Of a DNA stretch of 24,000 bases, positions 8,398 to 15,499 are shown one piece after another. The notes under the pieces are model-generated. The model ran no database searches, was not told the origin of the DNA, and worked only from the letters and a program-made list of their open reading frames with translations. Source of the DNA: Candidatus Woesearchaeota archaeon (GTDB lineage: Archaea; Nanobdellota; Nanobdellia; Pacearchaeales; GW2011-AR1); the NCBI GenBank assembly GCA_964360985.1, contig CAYHYK010000009.1, positions 1 through 24,000 on the forward strand, read 5' to 3'. The position numbers and the translations under genes are program-made. How positions within the stretch are numbered: position 1 is the stretch's first letter; each line of letters starts with the position of its first letter.

Positions 8398-8733
8398 CTA
8401 TTCAACACTACCTATAGCTCTCTCAAAATCAGGCTCTTCTGCATCTCCCTCTGGAACTCTAAAAACTGCAATATTAGCACGACCATATTCATCCATAGCT
8501 TCTTTATACAAATGATTTGAATTAGTACTATGCCCACAGCGAATCCCATCGCAATAAACCACACTTTCCCCTGAATATCTTCTCAATCTGCCGCTTTCAA
8601 AATCGTCCGAAAAAGCTTGTTTATTAGTAATATTTCTACTAGAACTAGAAACTCTTCCATTAAGCTCCACTCCAGCGAGCAAATAATATCTTAAATAAAT
8701 TCTTTTTAATCTCCTTTCTCCTATATCAGCCAT
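8398..8733 (-). CDS. Hypothetical Arg-rich 111-aa protein (orphan)
   Basis: Clean ORF starting at an ATG, with an A/T box upstream (CTTTAAAGG on the minus strand). One 60-nt line counts 43% G+C. I recognise no family. Confidence 0.4.
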   Translation of the reverse strand: MADIGERRLKRIYLRYYLLAGVELNGRVSSSSRNITNKQAFSDDFESGRLRRYSGESVVYCDGIRCGHSTNSNHLYKEAMDEYGRANIAVFRVPEGDAEEPDFERAIGSVE

Positions 8734-8789
8734 ATAAAAAAGAAATATTCTTCCTTTAAAGATATTATGAATCTTAAATCCGAAGATCT

Positions 8790-9788
8790 TTAATTCCCAG
8801 CAAAACTCTTCGCAACTAATAAAGGAAACAAAATAGTTGCATCTCCAAAAACTTTAATACTCTTCGCATCCCCTTTTATCTTTCCCCAAGATATGGCTTC
8901 TTCAGGCATTGCTCCAGAATCACTCCCATCATATTCCATAGCCGTATTAATATAAACACTATAATCACATCCATTTCTCAACATATTAGCATTAAGTATA
9001 GAATGTTTAACAACTCCAGACCCCAATATTACTGCCCCACTCTTCTTCAATCCCACAGTAGTATTATTCAATCTCTTTACATCCTCTACTAAATCTATTT
9101 TAAAATCCTCATTATTCAAAGAGAAAAAATAAATATTATCTCCTAAAGCCCCATCTGTCAAAGCCGGACAATAAATTCTTATCTTATTTTTCCATGCCCA
9201 ATAACATATACTTTCTTTATTATTTATCTTCTCCCCCATTTTCCAAATCAAATCACTTCCACATATTATCTTCCCAGTTTTTTTCTGTTCTTCATATATC
9301 TCCTTCAATAATGGCTGTATAAATTTCTCAAATTCAACATATCTATTATTAGCAACAAAAATGTTTCCAATTCTATTTATTCCCTTTTTTCTTAACTCTT
9401 TTCCATCAGCCTTAAAGTCACCTAAAACAAAATTTCCTAAACATTTTATTATATCTTCTTCAATTCCACCGCATGTGGTAACAATAGTATTAACCTTCTT
9501 ATGTTCAACTAAATATCTAAATACCTCTCGTAATCCAGAACTAACCATATTTGAAGTATATCCTAGAAATATAAACGCCTTATCCTTAATCATAGAATTT
9601 GTAATTTCAATAGCCCTATGCAAGTGTGTAGCCATAAACCCTGTTTCTCCAAAACTATTAATTATTTTATCATAATCAACACCCTCGTTAAAGTCATATC
9701 CCTTTATAGCTATCCCTTTTACTTCCTCGCTTTTTCTAAGTAAATTCTTCCTAGCTATCTGCTCATTATCTTTACTACTTTCATCCAT
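8790..9788 (-). CDS. dys: Deoxyhypusine synthase
   Basis: 332 aa. Motifs: GYTSNMVSSGLREVFRYLVEHKKVNTIVTTCGGIEEDIIKC, and the catalytic-lysine region EEAISWGKIKGDAKSIKVFGDATILFPLLVAKSF, which closely parallels the eukaryotic DHS C-terminus. Confidence 0.9.
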   Translation of the reverse strand: MDESSKDNEQIARKNLLRKSEEVKGIAIKGYDFNEGVDYDKIINSFGETGFMATHLHRAIEITNSMIKDKAFIFLGYTSNMVSSGLREVFRYLVEHKKVNTIVTTCGGIEEDIIKCLGNFVLGDFKADGKELRKKGINRIGNIFVANNRYVEFEKFIQPLLKEIYEEQKKTGKIICGSDLIWKMGEKINNKESICYWAWKNKIRIYCPALTDGALGDNIYFFSLNNEDFKIDLVEDVKRLNNTTVGLKKSGAVILGSGVVKHSILNANMLRNGCDYSVYINTAMEYDGSDSGAMPEEAISWGKIKGDAKSIKVFGDATILFPLLVAKSFAGN

Positions 9789-9848
9789 AACAAAACCTCA
9801 TTTTATCAATATATAAATCTTTATTAATTAAATTTTTATGCAGTTAAA

Positions 9849-10124
9849 ATGGAATCAAAAGCACTTAACATTATACTTGGTTTAATAGGTGTAATCTCTT
9901 TTATATGGTCTTACTTCTCTGAAGAAAACAGAATTATAGCATTAATTATTGGATTTACTATTTTCATATTAATATTTTTATCAGAAAAGAATGATAAAAT
10001 AGATAGTATCCTATCAACACAGCAAAAATTAGAAGAAAAGCTTAAAATACATGAACAACTAATAGATATTAAAAGTGATGTCAATATATTGAAAAGACAA
10101 GCTAACAATGGCAAGAAAAAATGA
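9849..10124 (+). CDS. Small membrane protein with C-terminal coiled-coil-like tail (hypothetical)
   Basis: 91 aa with two N-terminal TM helices followed by a charged helical segment (QQKLEEKLKIHEQLIDIKSDVNILKRQ). Confidence 0.4.
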   Translation: MESKALNIILGLIGVISFIWSYFSEENRIIALIIGFTIFILIFLSEKNDKIDSILSTQQKLEEKLKIHEQLIDIKSDVNILKRQANNGKKK

Positions 10125-10214
10125 CTTTAGTAATACTTTAATTGATCTAATAAAGATAGCAGCCATATTGATATTGGGATTTATAGTTGTAAAAGGCCTT
10201 TTGCAAGCAATCAA

Positions 10215-11255
10215 TTAGCCCCCACCAAACCTTCTCTTTCTTCTTCCATATTCTTTTATGGCTTCATCTAGTTCTAAAACTCCAAACTCCGGAAAATAAA
10301 CTTTTGTAAAGTAAAGTTCAGCGTAAATACTCTGAAAGGGCATAAACCCACTTAATCTATATTCCCCGCTAGTTCTTATAATTAAATCTGGATCAGGCAT
10401 ACCAGAAGTATCCAAAAATTCTGTAAAATCATCTTCACTCATTTCTTTTCTCTTTGATTTTATAACTTTATTAACTGCTCTTACAATCTCATCCCTTCCC
10501 CCATAATCCAAACACAATAAGACATTAAACTCCATGTAATTACTAGTCTCCTTTTCCAGTTTATCCAACGATTTAATCAAATTTTTAGGCAATCTATCTT
10601 TCCTTCCAATATGTTTAAAGTTCATCTTGTTTTCCTTGGCAAATTTCATAAATCTCTCAACTCCCTTGAGCAACATATCAAAAATAGCCTTTCTTTCTTC
10701 ATCCTCTCTCTTCCAATTTTCTGTAGAAAATCCCCATATAGAAACATACTTTACTCCTAGATTTTTAGCTTCTTTAAGTAAAGATTCTATACTACTATAA
10801 CTTCCTGCTCTATAATGTCCAAACTGAGGTTGTAATCCTCGTAGTTTTGCCCATCTCCTATTTCCATCAGGAATTATAGCTACATGTTTTGGAATTTTAC
10901 TAAAATTCCGACTACTTTTAGCCCTAAATATTCCTTTAAACAATCTTGATATACTCTTTAGTTTATCAACAAAAAAATTACCCTCACGAACAATAACAAA
11001 TCTGGAAGAAACTTTTTCTATGTCTCTCCAATTAACTTCTAGGTTTTCAACCTTGGATAGTCCTGGACTCCCTTCAAGCCATTTTATCATATTATTAATA
11101 TCTTCTCTTTCACCCTGAACAACAATAAGTACTCCTCCATTAACAAGATTCATAGCACTACCTCTTAACGCACAATCATCAGCATATTTCTTTACCTCTT
11201 TCCTAAAATGTATTCCCTGTACTCTTCCTCTAACCTCTATTCTTGCTTCTTTCAT
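10215..11255 (-). CDS. uppS: Acylphosphatase-domain / cis-prenyltransferase (undecaprenyl-diphosphate synthase family) fusion protein
   Basis: Residues 1-90 carry an acylphosphatase signature (IEVRGRVQGIHFRKEV...GSAMNLVNGGVLIVVQGE). From about aa 120 the UPPS motifs appear: HVAIIPDGNRRWAKLRG, VSIWGFSTENWKR, IIRTSGEYRLSGFMPFQSIYAELYF, and a C-terminal RRKRRFGG. Its start overlaps the upstream DHH gene stop by 4 nt. Confidence 0.85.
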   Translation of the reverse strand: MKEARIEVRGRVQGIHFRKEVKKYADDCALRGSAMNLVNGGVLIVVQGEREDINNMIKWLEGSPGLSKVENLEVNWRDIEKVSSRFVIVREGNFFVDKLKSISRLFKGIFRAKSSRNFSKIPKHVAIIPDGNRRWAKLRGLQPQFGHYRAGSYSSIESLLKEAKNLGVKYVSIWGFSTENWKREDEERKAIFDMLLKGVERFMKFAKENKMNFKHIGRKDRLPKNLIKSLDKLEKETSNYMEFNVLLCLDYGGRDEIVRAVNKVIKSKRKEMSEDDFTEFLDTSGMPDPDLIIRTSGEYRLSGFMPFQSIYAELYFTKVYFPEFGVLELDEAIKEYGRRKRRFGGG

Positions 11256-12307
11256 TTTTTATTTGCCTCCATTATAAAACTCTCTTTAAATTTCTCAAAA
11301 TCAGAACTCTGTATTCTAGCCCCAACTGCATCTTCATGTCCTCCTCCAGTTGCATTCTCAAATTTATTCAATATCTTCTCCAAAATTTTCTTAACACCCT
11401 TTCCTCTTAAAGAAATATTTATATTGCTTCCTTTTTTATAAGCCACAGCAATATATTTTTCAGGATGTAAATAAGACAACTCATTAGAAATATCCGCACT
11501 TATACTTAAATCTCCTCCATAATCAAAAAATATAACATTCTCATAAACAGAATTCTTAGCAGTATTTAACAACTCATCATATTTCTTTCTTATTTCCCTA
11601 TATTTCTTTCTAAAATTATAATTTTCTTTAACTTCAATTAGAACATCTGAAGAGCCTTTGCATGAAATTAAAAAATTCTGTAAAAATATTACATTGCTTA
11701 TACTATCTTTCAATCCAAAATTAAAAGCTTGCGCAATCTTCCCTATTTCCGTTTTATAATAAGCATCAAACGGCTCCTTAACATTTCCCCACAACTCACT
11801 ATATTCTTTAGCAAATTCCTTGGCAAAATCAGGCATATAATGATCTGCAATACATCCTATAACTGCCAACCACAAATCTTCCTTCCTTCCAGTTAATCTA
11901 TAAGTCAAATAAGTAACTGGTTCTTCACTTTTATCTTTTCCAGTATTCTTAGTTGGATTATATACAAAAAAATCATTATATTTGCTATAATCCAAAGTCC
12001 CAACATCATGATGATCTATCCAGACTAAAGGCAAACCAAGTTCCATTACCTCTTCAACAAACTCTTTAGAAATAACTGGTTTATCCAAAACAAAAACATA
12101 ATCTGCATTTAACTCTCTAGCTTTTCTGGCATAATCTTTATTCAATTCAGGAAAACTTCTTACAGCTACTCCTTTTCCTCTCCCTAAATATCTTCGCAAA
12201 ATGAGAAAACTACACAATCCATCACAATCATTATCATAATAAAAAATAGGATTTTGTGCCCTTTCAAGATGTTCTTTCAGTTCGTTAATTTGTTCAATAG
12301 TAAACAT
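11252..12307 (-). CDS. RecJ-like DHH/DHHA1 family phosphoesterase
   Basis: 351 aa. Motif I YDNDCDGLCS is RecJ-like DxDxDG. Also present: VFVLD, motif III WIDHHD, and DHHA1 GGGHEDAVGA near the C-terminus. Confidence 0.75.
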   Translation of the reverse strand: MFTIEQINELKEHLERAQNPIFYYDNDCDGLCSFLILRRYLGRGKGVAVRSFPELNKDYARKARELNADYVFVLDKPVISKEFVEEVMELGLPLVWIDHHDVGTLDYSKYNDFFVYNPTKNTGKDKSEEPVTYLTYRLTGRKEDLWLAVIGCIADHYMPDFAKEFAKEYSELWGNVKEPFDAYYKTEIGKIAQAFNFGLKDSISNVIFLQNFLISCKGSSDVLIEVKENYNFRKKYREIRKKYDELLNTAKNSVYENVIFFDYGGDLSISADISNELSYLHPEKYIAVAYKKGSNINISLRGKGVKKILEKILNKFENATGGGHEDAVGARIQSSDFEKFKESFIMEANKK

Positions 12308-12371
12308 CTTAAAAACAAAAAAACTCTCTATTTAAACTTGATGAAACTACCTATCTTCTTAAAATATCTCT

Positions 12372-14771
12372 CTAGTAAAGAATTCCACCATAATAATTCT
12401 CTTCAAAAGGAAGTTCTATTTCAGAAATTTCCTTATTATCTACTAAACTATTAGCCTTTATCTTCGCAGGAGATAAAGTGTATAAATTATCCCCAATATA
12501 TAGACTTCTCTGCACCTGATATTTATAATCATAGAAGGGATTATTGTTAATTCCTCCAGGTAATGAATCAATCATCTCATTACTCCAAATATTTTCATAA
12601 TATCCATAATACGATCTAGTAGCTATATCTGAATCTTGCTCATATAATCCTACTCTATCCGTTTCCCATTTATCTTCAGCAACTTTAGTCCATATCTCTC
12701 CACTATGTCCCTCTCTCTTAGCTCCGATCGGTTCCTCAGAAGCAGACCCATATTTTTTAATATCATCAAAATGAGTTACTTGTCCTTTTACTTTAATTTC
12801 ATTTTCTTTTATATCAAAAATATAAGCTCCTTGCCATACAACTTCTCCATAAGCCCATTGAGGATTTTCACTATTATATTGATTTTCTTTTATCTTTGCT
12901 AAATTTATAGGCAATACCATTAAGTTTCTACTCTTATCGAATAAGAAAGCCTTATGATCATATAAAGCATTGCTATCAGTTCCTTTATCTCCAATAACTA
13001 TTTTAGCACTCTCCTTAGGATTTGCAACATCTCTAACATCAAATATTGCAATCTTCAATCCTTGAGGTGAAACAAAATCTCTTCCATTATTAGAAATCTC
13101 CACAGTTTCTTTTCCTATTCCTATAATATGATTTTCATCATAGGCATGTAAATAATCAGAATATCCCGGAATCTTCAAATATCCTAAAACTTTAGGTTCA
13201 TTCGCTTCAGACAAATCAATAACATAAAAAGGATCTATCTGTCTGAATGTAACTAAGTAAACTCTATCTTCAATAAATCTTGCAGAATAAATTCTCTCTC
13301 CTGGAGCTAAGTTTTCTATTTCTCCCACCAAGTTTAAGTTCTCATTCAACACATAAATGTTATTTTTACTATTTCCATTCCAAGACTCTCCAGAAGTAGT
13401 TGCTATTCTAAAATAACCTTCATTCTCATCCATAGAAAATTGATTTAGAACACTTCCCTTAACCTCTCCCTCTGTAATATATTCTATTTCTTCTTCATCA
13501 ACTCCAATTTTATGAATAACCGTCTTCTCTCTTTCCTCCCTTAATTCTTGAACAAATTCATTCATTCCATTATATAGCTTCTGATCAAAATCATCTTTAT
13601 CTCTTCCTTCCAAAGAACTAGAATAATCTGATACAATTTTATTTATCTCATTGCTTTTTTCAAAAAATGACTCATCGCTTGACAATATCCCTCTTATTTC
13701 ATTCCCTTCATTAGAAGGAACAATAGGCAGAACAACCTCTTTTATCATATCCTCAAAATAATCTCTCTGATCCAAAAACTTTGTATAAGTTAAATAGATA
13801 TTATCTTCAGAAACATATATATTATTACTTGATCCAGTAAGATAAACTTTATTATCAACTTCCCCATTATCAATATTCACCGCACTAATTGTATTAAAGG
13901 CATATTCATAATCCCAATAATCAAAATAATAAAGATCACTTATAGCCATTCTTTCTTCAACTCCATTTACTTTTAACATAGGCATTACAGGATCATTACC
14001 ATTCACATATTTAGAACCAATAACATAAACATAATCTCCAATCATTCTAGAATTAATATAATTTCCTTCAACACTTATTTCATCATCCAATTCAGGCCTA
14101 GCTCTATCGCTGATATCATAAATATAAGTATAAATTTTAGATTCTCCACCATAATAAGAAGGAGCTATCATACCTGTCGCTACGGCTTCAGATGCAATCT
14201 TAGCATTTTCAACACCTTCAACATTATGCACTACACTTCCTTCTACCCCCTGTCCAGAATTGATTGTCTCATAACCCTGAGCAAAAACTACAAGTTTATC
14301 CTCATTAACAAATATTCCCAATAAACTTTCATCTTTAAATTCAATTTCGCTTACAATTTTCATTCCCTCAGCAGGGAAAGCATTAACAATAACTACTTTA
14401 TTTCCAACAATATCATAAATATATTTTCCATCATTCTTCACAATATCTGCTTCATCTACTCCCTCTACCTGAATATTAGTTTTTGAATAATCTCCAGTCT
14501 TCGCTCCAGAACCTTCTGCAGTCACACTTGCTGAATCTTCCTGTGCAAATTGTCGATTAACAGCCGGCAAAACTCCATTTAATATTCCTGAATTTTCAGA
14601 TTGACTTTCTTCTAAGAATTCTTTCAGTTCAGAATAAGAACTAAAACTCTTTATTTTATCACTTGAAATTCTTTCATTAATATTCGAGTCAAACATAGAA
14701 ACTACTATCATTCCTAAAACAAACATCAATAATATTACAACAATACTTATGTTCTTAGTTTCATCTTTCAT
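12372..14771 (-). CDS. Secreted/anchored beta-propeller domain protein (COG4880 / PF09826-like)
   Basis: 799 aa with an N-terminal signal-anchor (ISIVVILLMFVLGMIVVSMF) and the hallmark motif YSKTNIQVEGVDEADIVKNDGKYIY. The remainder is long and rich in beta-strand-type sequence, with recurring blade-like segments. Confidence 0.7.
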   Translation of the reverse strand: MKDETKNISIVVILLMFVLGMIVVSMFDSNINERISSDKIKSFSSYSELKEFLEESQSENSGILNGVLPAVNRQFAQEDSASVTAEGSGAKTGDYSKTNIQVEGVDEADIVKNDGKYIYDIVGNKVVIVNAFPAEGMKIVSEIEFKDESLLGIFVNEDKLVVFAQGYETINSGQGVEGSVVHNVEGVENAKIASEAVATGMIAPSYYGGESKIYTYIYDISDRARPELDDEISVEGNYINSRMIGDYVYVIGSKYVNGNDPVMPMLKVNGVEERMAISDLYYFDYWDYEYAFNTISAVNIDNGEVDNKVYLTGSSNNIYVSEDNIYLTYTKFLDQRDYFEDMIKEVVLPIVPSNEGNEIRGILSSDESFFEKSNEINKIVSDYSSSLEGRDKDDFDQKLYNGMNEFVQELREEREKTVIHKIGVDEEEIEYITEGEVKGSVLNQFSMDENEGYFRIATTSGESWNGNSKNNIYVLNENLNLVGEIENLAPGERIYSARFIEDRVYLVTFRQIDPFYVIDLSEANEPKVLGYLKIPGYSDYLHAYDENHIIGIGKETVEISNNGRDFVSPQGLKIAIFDVRDVANPKESAKIVIGDKGTDSNALYDHKAFLFDKSRNLMVLPINLAKIKENQYNSENPQWAYGEVVWQGAYIFDIKENEIKVKGQVTHFDDIKKYGSASEEPIGAKREGHSGEIWTKVAEDKWETDRVGLYEQDSDIATRSYYGYYENIWSNEMIDSLPGGINNNPFYDYKYQVQRSLYIGDNLYTLSPAKIKANSLVDNKEISEIELPFEENYYGGILY

Positions 14772-14789
14772 ATTATATAAAAATCTCCC

Positions 14790-14800
14790 TTATATTTAAA
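14790..14800 (-). promoter_or_regulatory. TATA-like box (TTATATTTAAA) of the beta-propeller gene
   Basis: 18-nt spacer to the ATG at 14771. Confidence 0.3.
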
Positions 14801-14832
14801 CAGTCCTTTGGGTTCAATAGTTCTTGCACCAA

Positions 14833-15435
14833 TCATTTTCTTCTCCATAAATTTAACACCATAAATATCAACAATGCAGACAATGCTCCAGCTAAAAACC
14901 AAAGCCATACATTTTGAGCAATATTAATTATTTCAATAGTTGGAGTTCCAAAATTTTCAGAAACTTTGGCTAATTCAGATGCAATTCCTCCAACACCCTC
15001 ATCCATAACTTTCTGAGCTACCTGTAAATTCTGACTAGTATTTTCAGTTAATCCTCTAGAAACTCTATTATCCACAAAAATCTTTATTCCTAAAGCCAAA
15101 GCTCCTGTAATTAAAATAGTAGGAATAACTCCCCTTATAATATTTCTAGGAGAAATAATAATTTTCTTATTTGCAATCTTATATTTATGAATTCTTTTTC
15201 CTTTAACGCTCCACAAAAATACCTTAACTTTTTCTATTAATCCTGCCCCTTCCAATTTTTTAATATTGTATCCAACGGTATTCATAGGCGCCCCTATGCC
15301 TTTAGCAATTTCACTCTCACTTAATTCATTATCTGCCAAAAGAGTTAATATCTTCTTAGAAGTCTTGTTAGATATAACATCTGCAATCTTTTCCGTTCTA
15401 GGATCATTTAAATCGATCATAATTGAATTAGACAT
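14833..15435 (-). CDS. Membrane-anchored ArsR-family winged-helix transcriptional regulator
   Basis: 200 aa. wHTH region: ISNKTSKKILTLLADNELSESEIAKGIGAPMNTVGYNIKKLEGAGLIEK. Two TM helices follow (GVIPTILITGALALGIKIF and VWLWFLAGALSALLIFMVLNLW), bracketing a loop of about 50 aa. A TATA-like box at 15458-15467 lies 23 nt from the ATG. Confidence 0.75.
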   Translation of the reverse strand: MSNSIMIDLNDPRTEKIADVISNKTSKKILTLLADNELSESEIAKGIGAPMNTVGYNIKKLEGAGLIEKVKVFLWSVKGKRIHKYKIANKKIIISPRNIIRGVIPTILITGALALGIKIFVDNRVSRGLTENTSQNLQVAQKVMDEGVGGIASELAKVSENFGTPTIEIINIAQNVWLWFLAGALSALLIFMVLNLWRRK

Positions 15436-15457
15436 ATAAAATCTAGCAATTTATCCT

Positions 15458-15467
15458 TTATAAATAA
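15458..15467 (-). promoter_or_regulatory. TATA-like box (TTTATAAATA) of the ArsR-TM regulator gene
   Basis: 22-nt spacer to the ATG at 15435. Confidence 0.35.
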
Positions 15468-15499
15468 AACTAAAGGTTCAATTCAATCTGAACCTAAAA

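Noticed and set aside
8398-8733. The idea that the slightly GC-richer 8.4-8.7 kb segment is a structured RNA gene (SRP RNA or RNase P RNA) rather than a CDS. Separately, the idea that the protein is a mini ADP-ribosyltransferase (R...STN...E pattern) or a barnase-like RNase.
   Set aside because: I could not find conserved SRP or RNase P motifs or extended helices on either strand. The segment has an uninterrupted 111-codon frame with an ATG and an upstream A/T box. The ART and RNase motif matches are too loose and the spacing does not fit, so no functional call is made.
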